A stretch of 64,000 nt of DNA from Planctomycetota bacterium (lineage in GTDB: Bacteria; Planctomycetota; SZUA-567; H5-PLA8): NCBI GenBank assembly GCA_038227875.1, contig JBBRPR010000047.1:1-64000 (forward strand), given 5' to 3'. The position numbers were made by a program, and so were the translations under genes. Of the stretch, positions 50,057-58,501 are shown piece by piece. Below the pieces are notes generated by a model, which saw nothing but the letters and a program-made list of their open reading frames with translations, had not been told where the DNA came from and searched no databases. Position 1 is the first letter of the stretch. Every line of letters starts with the position of its first letter.

Positions 50057-51522
50057 TTCGCTTTCAATGCGCGTTCGAGATAGAGCATTTTCGGCGGTTC
50101 ATTACCACCGACGTCGAGTGTAAACGTGAACGGCAACGCTGTGACTTCCTTGGTCACCGTTTTTGTTTCACCGTAGGTCACGCCCTGTCCGTTGTACTGG
50201 TTGCGCTTGGCCGGTGCGGTTGCTTCCTGGTAGGCGTAGGTCACGGTCATGGTGGAATTCGCCGGCAACTTTGCGTCCTTGGCGCCGACGGTCACAACAT
50301 TCTTGCCATTGTAGAGGAAGGGCAGCGCGGCCTTGTTGTGTTCAACCGTGCCGTCGATGCTGAATTTGTTGAGCGTGCCGGGGAACTCCACTTTCACCGC
50401 CACATCGTAGTGCTGCTTGACCAGCGCCGAGACATCGCCCACCGCGGACGCCTGCCAGGTCTTTCCGCCATCCGTCGAGACGGAAATCTTGCCGTCGCCG
50501 CCGTCAAACGCAGCCGTGATCTTCGCCGCCGCGAACGGGTAGGGGAGGGCGACCTTGAACACCGCGCTGCCCGAACCGCTGGCGTTGAGTTTCCCGCTGG
50601 CGGCCTTGGCGCTCTTCAGTTCGATGTCTGCGACGTCGCCGTCTTTCGAAAAATCTGGCGCGTACGTGAAGGTGCCGTTGGAGTACATCCGGTTACCGTA
50701 GTGTTCGAGCACGGGCCCCAGCAGCGGGTTGTTGCGAATGTCCTTCATGTTGGGGCAGGTGTGTTTGCCGTCGGTGCCTTCGGCGACCATCATGCCGTCC
50801 TTGCTCCCCCATTCGAGCCGCAGCGCCGCGCCGGAGCGCAGGGCAAGCAACGTGGAATAGTTGTGATCACGGCCGGTGTAATCGCCGCCGCCCTGTTCGG
50901 GACCCGCGACGGCTTCGGCATGCGAATTCTTGCAGCCCTTCACGATTCCCGGCGCGTCGTCGCCGCAGCAGAGATAACTTTCCTTCGGTACGCGCCCGTC
51001 CTTCTCGCCGTCGAGAACGATCGACGGATCCTTGATGATATCGTCCTGACCTGCGATGGTCTTCTTGTCCTTGGTGAAGAAGTACGCCTTCAAGAACACG
51101 TCGTAGTAATGCCACGCCCCGTCGTAATTGGCTTCGACGGTGGTATGCCCCGGATCGCTCCAGCCGCGGTAGCGCACCTGCCAGCCGGCCGTTTCGAAAA
51201 CCGATTTCATCACGTCATGTTCACCGCCGCACAATCCCCAGCCGTAGACGTTGATGACTTTCAGCGGCCCGACCGATTGCGGCTGCTTCTCGTGAGCGTA
51301 GGCGCGATGAAAGAGCACTTGATTGAGGTAATTGTAGAGGGCGATGCCCTTCTCATCGTTCGTCTTCGCGCCAGAGAGCCGCACGACATCGCTGACGATC
51401 GTCTCCAGCGAACTGTTGTCCACCGTGCGGTCGGTGGTGACTTTGAATCCGTCCACCATTCCAAACGCCGAACTCGAAAGCAAGCAGGCCAATCCAAGCA
51501 GCAGTACCGACTTGATCGTCAT
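50053..51522 (-). CDS. Secreted protein with transglutaminase-like Cys-His-Asp motifs
   Basis: Start MTIKSV with signal peptide; NVYGWGLCG, GHTTVEA, GAWHYYD; similar to 46935-48908. Confidence 0.72.
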   Translation of the reverse strand: MTIKSVLLLGLACLLSSSAFGMVDGFKVTTDRTVDNSSLETIVSDVVRLSGAKTNDEKGIALYNYLNQVLFHRAYAHEKQPQSVGPLKVINVYGWGLCGGEHDVMKSVFETAGWQVRYRGWSDPGHTTVEANYDGAWHYYDVFLKAYFFTKDKKTIAGQDDIIKDPSIVLDGEKDGRVPKESYLCCGDDAPGIVKGCKNSHAEAVAGPEQGGGDYTGRDHNYSTLLALRSGAALRLEWGSKDGMMVAEGTDGKHTCPNMKDIRNNPLLGPVLEHYGNRMYSNGTFTYAPDFSKDGDVADIELKSAKAASGKLNASGSGSAVFKVALPYPFAAAKITAAFDGGDGKISVSTDGGKTWQASAVGDVSALVKQHYDVAVKVEFPGTLNKFSIDGTVEHNKAALPFLYNGKNVVTVGAKDAKLPANSTMTVTYAYQEATAPAKRNQYNGQGVTYGETKTVTKEVTALPFTFTLDVGGNEPPKMLYLERALKAK

Positions 51523-51570
51523 AGCGGTTCTCCATCCCATTGTTTGATTAACTACACCGATTTGATCAAG

Positions 51571-51582
51571 TTGTTCTAACAA
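51571..51582. promoter_or_regulatory. Candidate AraR/GntR-type operator
   Basis: TTGT-tcta-ACAA palindrome about 50 nt upstream of the operon start. Confidence 0.5.
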
Positions 51583-51862
51583 TAGGACAATTCTGAAAGT
51601 TGAGTCATAAGTTATTGTTATATTAATATATTACGATCATGCTCCCGTGCACCATTTTAAGCATTTAGGGAAAAGACCCTCAACTGAACAGGGTAAGGAG
51701 TACTTAGGGACCAGCTGTCCCTAGGCACTATTCATTTCTGTAGCTCAAAATAATTCCCTCCCTTATAGAGCGCAAATCGACGTCAAGCCCGACGCGCATT
51801 TCGCCGACACAGTAAGACGGGAGAAGGGGGCTGCTGTGCGATGCCCCCTGATGGGGGAATCT

Positions 51863-52846
51863 ATGTCGCGTGTGAAAAGCGCCGAAAACAAGAAGAAACC
51901 ACCGCGTGTCGCGGCCGGTCCTGAAGCTCCGGGCTTCGCCCGTTCGATGGGCGAAAATCTTGGCCGCATCGCCCGAGCGGTTTTGCCGCTCATTCTGATT
52001 CTGTCGGGCGGCGCCAGCGTCTCCTGGTTGCTCTGGCGTCCATTGCACGCCAACGCGCAGTTGACCGACAGCGAAGGCGGGGCCTCCGTGCGCGGCCGCT
52101 TGAACGACCGCACGCTCCAGCTTGCTGTGCTGCAGAAGCCCCGCCCGCAGTGGATCAAAAAAGAAGATTACGACGAGACTGCGAAGCTGACCCTCGTCGC
52201 GCAGAATCACTCCGTCTTCGAGCCCAGCCTGAGTCGCACCGTGGCGCAGCGCCTCGCCGCCAGTCCGTGGGTTGAGCGCGTCCGCTCCGTGCGCCTGCGT
52301 TACCCGGCTCAGATCGATATCGACATCGACTGGCGCAAACCCGAAGCGCGCATCGACAACAGTTTCATGGTCGTCGACCGTTTTGGTTATGTCTTGAACG
52401 TGCTCGCCGACAGCCGTGAAGTCAGCGACGTCCCGAAGATCGCCGGCGTGACGCCGGGGCACACGGAAATCGGCAAGCAAGTCACCGACCCGGACATTCA
52501 AGACGCGCTGAAACTGCTCACCTGCGTTCGCGAAACGTTGAACAGCTCCACCGGCCGCCTGAAAGTCGCCCAACTGCAGCGCGATCCCTCGCGGACCTGG
52601 CGCGTGATCACCGACCGCGGGCCGGCCATCAATTGGGGCTTCTTCACCGACGATCCGCCGATCGACGAACCGCGCACCAACGAGAAGCTGGCGAAGCTGA
52701 AGACCCGACTGTCTGAATCCGGCGACCCGTCGCAGCTCGAATACATCAGCGTGTACACGTTCCAGGCGCCGGTAAAGCCCCGCGATCCGTCCGCACCCGC
52801 GCCGGCCACGACACGAGCAATGGCTGCGACCGCGCGGCATCCATAA
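51863..52846 (+). CDS. ftsQ: FtsQ/DivIB-like cell division protein
   Basis: Basic N-terminus, one TM; LAASPWVERVRSVRLRYPAQIDIDIDWRKPEA; VVDRFGYV; VPKIAGV; directly upstream of ftsA. Confidence 0.8.
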   Translation: MSRVKSAENKKKPPRVAAGPEAPGFARSMGENLGRIARAVLPLILILSGGASVSWLLWRPLHANAQLTDSEGGASVRGRLNDRTLQLAVLQKPRPQWIKKEDYDETAKLTLVAQNHSVFEPSLSRTVAQRLAASPWVERVRSVRLRYPAQIDIDIDWRKPEARIDNSFMVVDRFGYVLNVLADSREVSDVPKIAGVTPGHTEIGKQVTDPDIQDALKLLTCVRETLNSSTGRLKVAQLQRDPSRTWRVITDRGPAINWGFFTDDPPIDEPRTNEKLAKLKTRLSESGDPSQLEYISVYTFQAPVKPRDPSAPAPATTRAMAATARHP

Positions 52847-52871
52847 AAATTTTCAACACGAGGTTTTTCCC

Positions 52872-54212
52872 ATGCGCACCGAACACAACGTCAGCCGGTC
52901 TGGGATCACGGGAACGATGGGCCGCGAAGGCGGCGACTTGCTCGTCGCCGTCGACGTCGGCAGCGCGCGCGTCGCCTGCGCCGTCGCCGAAATCGGCCGC
53001 GACAAGCCGATGTTGCTGGCCGCCGAATCGGCCACCAGCTACGGCATCCGCGGCGGCGAGATCGTCGACATCACCCGCGCCAGCGAAGCCATCCGCATTG
53101 CCATTCTCGCCGCCGCCGACCGCGCCGATGCTGAAGTTCGCACCGTCGTCGTCGGCCTCTCCGGCGACACGCGCCTTTCCACTGCACGCGCATGCATGGA
53201 ACTCGACCGCGAACGCCGCACAGTGACGCCCTCGGACCTCAAGCGCCTGCGCAAGAGCGTCGTGCCTGAGAATGCCGGCGGACGCCGCAACATTCATCGT
53301 TTCGATGGACCCTACAGCGTTGGCGATCTACACGGCGTTGAACACCCCGAAGGACTCAACGGCGATAAGCTGGAGATGCAGGCGACGTTTCTCTCCGCCG
53401 CCGGCGACCGGCTCGACAACGTTTTGAAAGCTGTGCGCGCCGCTGGGGTGGAAATCGAAGCCGTCTCGCTGGAACCGTTCTCCGGTTCGATCGGTGCGCT
53501 CGCTCGCGATGAACGGGCGCTCGGCGCCGCCGTGATCGACCTCGGTGCCGGCGCATTTCGCGCGGCGCTGTGGGAAGGTGGACGTCTGCGCCAGATTCAC
53601 AACGTGGGCCGCGAAGGCATTCCCGCGATGTCGCAATCCGGACGCTGCCTGGAAGGCGTCACCGCCTCGATGGGCGGCATGGATGGCATCGTCATGGCAC
53701 TCGCGCGCCGCTTCCGCATCGCTCCGGCCACCGCCGAACGCCTGCTGCGCACGCATGCCGTGCTCGGCGACGGCGAGCTCGAAGGCATTCCCGACGTCGT
53801 GGAAGTCGCGGCCGTCGACGGACTCGGCAGCGTGCGCATCGAAACGCGCGAACTCTCCCGCACGATCGAAGAATTGCTCGCACCCGTGGCGCGGTCGCTG
53901 CGTGAAGGACTCTCGGGATTCGCGACCGGCCATGCCGTCGGCGTCGTGCTGATCGGCGGCGGTGCGCGCATCAAGGGCATGACCTCGTGGATGTCCAAGC
54001 GCTTTGGCGGCGCGCCCGTGCGGTTGGGCGTGCCGGGTTGGAGCGCCGAAGGCGCCGCGCTTCCGCCAGATCTGGCCGATTGCGGCGGCTGCTCGCTGGC
54101 CGGGTTGCTCGCCTTCGGCACCGAAGAGCGCGCACGCATGGGTTACCGCAGCCGCACGTCAATGTTCACGCGCGTCAGTGAAGGCTTACGCAAATTTGTC
54201 GCATCACTTTAA
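52872..54212 (+). CDS. ftsA: Cell division protein FtsA (divergent)
   Basis: VAVDVGSARV; SYGIRGGEIVDI; VVVGLSG; ERALGAAVIDLGAG; GVVLIGGGA; PVRLG.P; amphipathic tail MFTRVSEGLRKFV. Confidence 0.88.
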   Translation: MRTEHNVSRSGITGTMGREGGDLLVAVDVGSARVACAVAEIGRDKPMLLAAESATSYGIRGGEIVDITRASEAIRIAILAAADRADAEVRTVVVGLSGDTRLSTARACMELDRERRTVTPSDLKRLRKSVVPENAGGRRNIHRFDGPYSVGDLHGVEHPEGLNGDKLEMQATFLSAAGDRLDNVLKAVRAAGVEIEAVSLEPFSGSIGALARDERALGAAVIDLGAGAFRAALWEGGRLRQIHNVGREGIPAMSQSGRCLEGVTASMGGMDGIVMALARRFRIAPATAERLLRTHAVLGDGELEGIPDVVEVAAVDGLGSVRIETRELSRTIEELLAPVARSLREGLSGFATGHAVGVVLIGGGARIKGMTSWMSKRFGGAPVRLGVPGWSAEGAALPPDLADCGGCSLAGLLAFGTEERARMGYRSRTSMFTRVSEGLRKFVASL

Positions 54213-54234
54213 GCCGTACAGGGTGGGCCACTCC

Positions 54235-54909
54235 ATGTCCGACCTCTTTGAATTGAATTGCAGCACTACACTTGTCCTCGGTGCCGGGACGCTCGGTGCG
54301 GAAGTCGCGGCCGCAGGATCCGTGGAGGACGACGGCAGCGACGGCATGCGCCTGGCTTGCTGGTCGGCCGTGCACACCGACGCCGCCCGCCTGATCGCCA
54401 GTGGGCTCGAACACAAACTGCTGCTCGAAACCGGACCCGCCTGCACAGGCCCATTCGCAGAACACAGTCTGCTCCGCAATCTCGTCGCCCGGCAGGATCA
54501 ACTGAGCGCGCTGATCAATGCGCGCAACGCCGTGATCATCACCGGCTCGCTGCACGAACAATCTGCCGCGCTACTGATTCCTGTTCTCGCTCGTGAAATT
54601 GCGCAGCGCGGGTTGCATGTCTCGGTCGTAACGCTCGAATCCCACAGCCAGAAAGGCCAACGCCTGCCGATCCACGCTGACGTGCGCGTGCCGGTCATCG
54701 ACGATGGCGCTGGCGGCGAGATCGCCGTCGGCACCGGTCGCCGCCGCGTGCAGAAAAAATTACTCGAAGTGATTCTGGAAATGGCGCGGATCCTGGCCGA
54801 AGCCCCCGACGCTCAGTTCGCGTCGGAAGCGCTGCAGGACACGTGCGCCGGACGGCTTGCGACCCGCCAGGCCGTCTGGAATCGCGAAGTCGAATCGCTG
54901 AACTTCTAA
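54235..54909 (+). CDS. Degenerate FtsZ/tubulin-like GTPase-domain protein (no GGGTGTG motif, no C-terminal domain)
   Basis: LVLGAGTLG, AVHTDAARL..SGLEHKLLL, QDQLSALI...NAVIITGSL, IPVLAREIAQRGLHVSVVT are collinear with the FtsZ N-domain; 22 nt downstream of ftsA. Confidence 0.7.
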   Translation: MSDLFELNCSTTLVLGAGTLGAEVAAAGSVEDDGSDGMRLACWSAVHTDAARLIASGLEHKLLLETGPACTGPFAEHSLLRNLVARQDQLSALINARNAVIITGSLHEQSAALLIPVLAREIAQRGLHVSVVTLESHSQKGQRLPIHADVRVPVIDDGAGGEIAVGTGRRRVQKKLLEVILEMARILAEAPDAQFASEALQDTCAGRLATRQAVWNREVESLNF

Positions 54910-55778
54910 CGCTTGATAAAGAACGGTTGCGTCCACGCGTTCTTTTCAGCACCGCCGTAGGCTTCGACCCGGACATACGAGTATCCACAATCCGGCGGCA
55001 CGTTAAACGTGACTTCGTTGCTGTCGCTGTGGAACAGGCGCTTGCCGAAGTCCGTGACGACGACCATGCGCTCCGCGTTTTCCGCCGAGACATGAACCGT
55101 ACGCCCGTACGCTTCGATGCGGTTGAGCGTAATACCGGTTGACGCATAGAACGATCCGGAAGCCAGTGCCGCCACGATGGACTCCACCGAGCGATCCTTG
55201 GCGCGCACCACATTCCAGCCGAGCTCCACGTCCTGCTCGTCGTGGCTGTCGTCGTTGGCAAAACCCCACACGCGCCGGCCGCTGCCCAGCAACTGGTCCC
55301 AGCGATCGGTGGCGAATTCCGAACCGGTGAGTCGCCGGATCACGCCGTTGAAGATTTCGATGCCTGAATAACCCTTCCAGTTCGCCAGTTTCTCCTGCGG
55401 ACAATGATCGTAATGGTCCTGCCAGTTCGGATGATTGATCACGGAGAAGCTTTTTTCTTCGGCGATCAGGTCGAGGACCTTTTGGCGGTCTTCGAGCGGC
55501 GGAATGTGCGTCTTCGCGTTGACGTGGAGCAGGTGCGGCCCCTTCGCGCTGATTTCGTTGCCGGGAATCAGCGTCATGCCGCGGCTCAGCACCGTCGACG
55601 GCTGAGTCAGCTTGTCGTGGTCGCTGATCATCAGAAAGTCGTAGCCGCGCGCCGCGTAATCGTCGACCACGTCCTGCGGCGCCCGCCGGCCGTCGCTTTC
55701 CGTCGTGTGCGTATGCAGATTGCCCTTCAACCAGAGCGAATTTTCGGAATTGTAGGAACTTTGCAATGAAATGGGCAT
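54906..55778 (-). CDS. PHP-domain metallohydrolase (CehA/McbA-like)
   Basis: KGNLHTHTTESDG; YDFLMISDHD; INHPNW; IEIFNG; WGFANDDSH; GSFYAS. Confidence 0.9.
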   Translation of the reverse strand: MPISLQSSYNSENSLWLKGNLHTHTTESDGRRAPQDVVDDYAARGYDFLMISDHDKLTQPSTVLSRGMTLIPGNEISAKGPHLLHVNAKTHIPPLEDRQKVLDLIAEEKSFSVINHPNWQDHYDHCPQEKLANWKGYSGIEIFNGVIRRLTGSEFATDRWDQLLGSGRRVWGFANDDSHDEQDVELGWNVVRAKDRSVESIVAALASGSFYASTGITLNRIEAYGRTVHVSAENAERMVVVTDFGKRLFHSDSNEVTFNVPPDCGYSYVRVEAYGGAEKNAWTQPFFIKR

Positions 55779-55907
55779 CGTCGTGGCTGTCTCCAGGAGA
55801 GAAATGAACTGCGACCCCTTCATTAAAGATCATAAACACGCCCTGTCCACGACTCGATTGCGCAAAATATTTGTTGTTTTGCGCTGGCGCCGGGTTACGC
55901 CTTAACT

Positions 55908-57047
55908 ATGCGCATCGCGTTATTTCTCGCCACGAATCTGAAGTCCAACCGCGACGTGCTGCGCGGCATCAAGAACTACTGCCGCGCCGGCACGCCCTGG
56001 TCGTTTTTAATCGCCTGGCCACAGATGACGCCGCTGAGCGTCGTGGCGCGGTGGAAGCCCGACGGCATCATCGCCAAGCTCTACACGCCTCAAATGGTCG
56101 CGTCCGCGCGCCGCTTCAATGTGCCGCTGGTGAACACGTCGAACATTGCCGGTGATTCGCCGGTGCCGCGCGCCGCCGTTGACGAACAGGCCGTCGGCAA
56201 GATGGCTGCGGAGCATTTTCTCGAACGTGGATTCCGCAACTTCGCCTACATCGGTTACCGCCAGCAGCGCTCCGCCAGTGCGCGCATGAAGTGGTTCCAG
56301 GAAACGGTGAGGCGCGCCGGTCATTCCAGCCGCGCGTACACCGAGATCGACCTCTTTGCGTTGCGCCCCGGTGTAACGTGGGGCGTCGGCGACCGCAAAC
56401 TCGCTGCATGGCTGAAAGCCTTGCCCAAACCCGTCGGCATTTTTCTCTACCACGATGTCCTGGCTTGGGAAATCCTGGAGCTCTGCCACAGCATCGGCTT
56501 GCGTGTCCCCGAAGAAGTCGCGCTGCTTGGCGCCGACGACGATGAACTCTTCTGCGACCTCTCGCAGCCGCCACTCTCCAGCATCGCGTACCCCGCCGAA
56601 CGCATCGGCTTTGCCGCCGCAGAATTGCTCGACCGCATGCTCCGCGGCGGCGGCGCCCCAAAAGCGCCCGTCCTCATTCAGCCTGTCGGCGTGGTGACGC
56701 GCCAGTCGACCGACATCGTGGCGATGGACGACCCCGATCTTGCCGCCGCTGTCCGCTATATCCGTCTCAACGCAGCGCAACCCATTGGCGTCAAATCCAT
56801 CTTGAGCCACGTCCAGATCTCGCGCCGCACGCTCGAACAAAAATTTCGCACCACCCTCGGCCGCTCCCCCCACGACGAAATCACGCGCGTCCGCATCGAT
56901 CTCGCGCGCCAACTCCTCACCTACACCGACCTGTCCATGCCCGAAGTCGCCGCCCGAGCCGGCTTCGCCAACGCCGAGCGCCTGTCGGTCGTCTTCAAAG
57001 AAAAAACCGGCGCATCACCAACCCAATTCCGTCGCCGAGCGCGCTAA
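55908..57047 (+). CDS. XylR-type regulator (periplasmic-binding-like domain plus AraC HTH)
   Basis: PDGII; AAEHFLERGF; LPKPVGIF; VPEEVALLG; RQSTD; ISRRTLE; GF......VFK..TG.SP. Confidence 0.93.
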   Translation: MRIALFLATNLKSNRDVLRGIKNYCRAGTPWSFLIAWPQMTPLSVVARWKPDGIIAKLYTPQMVASARRFNVPLVNTSNIAGDSPVPRAAVDEQAVGKMAAEHFLERGFRNFAYIGYRQQRSASARMKWFQETVRRAGHSSRAYTEIDLFALRPGVTWGVGDRKLAAWLKALPKPVGIFLYHDVLAWEILELCHSIGLRVPEEVALLGADDDELFCDLSQPPLSSIAYPAERIGFAAAELLDRMLRGGGAPKAPVLIQPVGVVTRQSTDIVAMDDPDLAAAVRYIRLNAAQPIGVKSILSHVQISRRTLEQKFRTTLGRSPHDEITRVRIDLARQLLTYTDLSMPEVAARAGFANAERLSVVFKEKTGASPTQFRRRAR

Positions 57048-57048
57048 A

Positions 57049-57390
57049 GCGCGAGGGGTCAGGGGTCAGGGGTCAGAATTGAGAGCGATCACGGAGTAAG
57101 CGGAAGTTCTCCGCGTTATGGGAGATAGTAGACAGAAAGCAGGCAGGCGCAGTGGCAAGAGAAGTACTTGGTGCCGCGGATGCGCAGACACTTGAGCGAA
57201 TGCAAAAGTGTCTGTTCATACGTGCGTGCGACTTGCGATCTCGCAACGTGTCTATGCCACGCTCGCGTTCAATCTACCCACGCGCGAAAACTGTAGTTCG
57301 CTCCGTGCTCGCGCCAACTTCTGACCCCTGACCCCTGACCCCTGACCCCTGACCCCTGAACCCAGACCCCAGACCCCTGACCCCTCGCGC
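57049..57390. repeat. Long inverted repeat with GGGGTCA/TGACCCC heptamer arms around a unique core of about 200 nt
   Basis: 3 GGGGTCA units on the left, 9 TGACCCC-like units on the right; pairing extends inward (GATCACGGAG / CTCCGTGCTC). Confidence 0.9.
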
Positions 57391-57399
57391 GTCAGCGCG

Positions 57400-58449
57400 T
57401 TAGCGCGCCACGCGGCGACGATCGACATCCGCGATCAGCCGCTCCACCCACGCCGTGACCAGCGTGTCCGAGCCGACCGCCGGCAGGGAAATGCCCATCA
57501 TCCGGTACACCTGTTTGCGCGTGACTTTGGTTTTGCGATCGGGGTCGAGCCACATCGCGTTGTCGGCGAGCTGCTTGAGCGTCTCGAGTCCGATCAGGAT
57601 CGGCCAGAGACACGCCAATCTCAGCCGGCCATACGACGGTGGAATCGTCAACGTGTAGCGCAGCGCTTCGCGGTAATGGTCGAGCGCGAAACCGAGCAGT
57701 TCCATCAGCACTGGCCGCGCGCGCGTGCTGTTGGTTGCGCCGAGCAGGTCGCGCGGTTCGAGCCCCGCCGCCGCCAGCGTGTCGCTGGGAAAATAGCAGC
57801 GTCCGATGCGCAGATCTTTCGGTACGTCGCGCAACACATTGGTGTACTGCAGCGCTTTTCCGAAGCGGATCCCGCACGCGCAGAGATCCGGAATGTCGCA
57901 CCCCGAAAACGCCGCCGTGTGCGCCGCCGTCATCCGTGTCCAGAAATCCCCGACGCAACCGGCTACGAAGTACGTATAGTTCTCCAGCTCCGCGTGCGTC
58001 TTCAACGCCGCCAGCTGCCCCGATGTTTCATCGGGAAACGTGAGCAGATCCAGCTCCATACCCTTGGTCAGTGTCGTGACCACCGTACGTACTTCCATGC
58101 GGTCGAGAGCGTCGAGCTCCGCGAGAATCGCCAACGCCGGCTCGAGTGATTCCAGCAGCGTCCGCTCATGTCGGTTGATTTGTTGCGTTGTCAGCGCGCC
58201 GCGACTTTCCGCGAGCTTCGCCGCATCCGCGCCGTGATTCACCTGCTCGCGAAATCCGAGCAGCAATTCCAGCCGCCGCGCTGGCGGGACGAGCTCCGTG
58301 TCCGCAATCGTATCCGCCGCCCGCGCGAGCAGGTACCCGAGCCCCACGGGATCGCGCATGCCCTCTGGGAGCACGCGCATCGTCAGATAAAACGACCGCG
58401 AGACATTTTTCAGCAGCTCGCCGAGCAGGTATTGTCGATCCGTTTTCAC
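57400..58449 (-). CDS. Squalene/phytoene synthase family (single-enzyme SQS type)
   Basis: GTG start inferred; VSRSF; YLLARAADTIAD; YTYFVAGCVG; FGKALQYTNVLRD..KDL..GRCYFP. Confidence 0.92.
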   Translation of the reverse strand: MKTDRQYLLGELLKNVSRSFYLTMRVLPEGMRDPVGLGYLLARAADTIADTELVPPARRLELLLGFREQVNHGADAAKLAESRGALTTQQINRHERTLLESLEPALAILAELDALDRMEVRTVVTTLTKGMELDLLTFPDETSGQLAALKTHAELENYTYFVAGCVGDFWTRMTAAHTAAFSGCDIPDLCACGIRFGKALQYTNVLRDVPKDLRIGRCYFPSDTLAAAGLEPRDLLGATNSTRARPVLMELLGFALDHYREALRYTLTIPPSYGRLRLACLWPILIGLETLKQLADNAMWLDPDRKTKVTRKQVYRMMGISLPAVGSDTLVTAWVERLIADVDRRRVAR

Positions 58450-58501
58450 ACGCAACGATATAGCACAACTTGCGCGGCGTTTCCTGCGAAGGTGATTTCG
58501 A

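Noticed and set aside
54004..54234. N-terminal 77 aa of the ftsZ-like ORF, or an ftsA-ftsZ frameshift fusion
   Set aside because: Overlaps ftsA, which ends with a normal amphipathic tail and stop; FtsZ similarity begins after ATG 54235
57322..57384. Heptamer arrays as a CRISPR array
   Set aside because: Units are 7 nt with no unique spacers, and no cas genes are present
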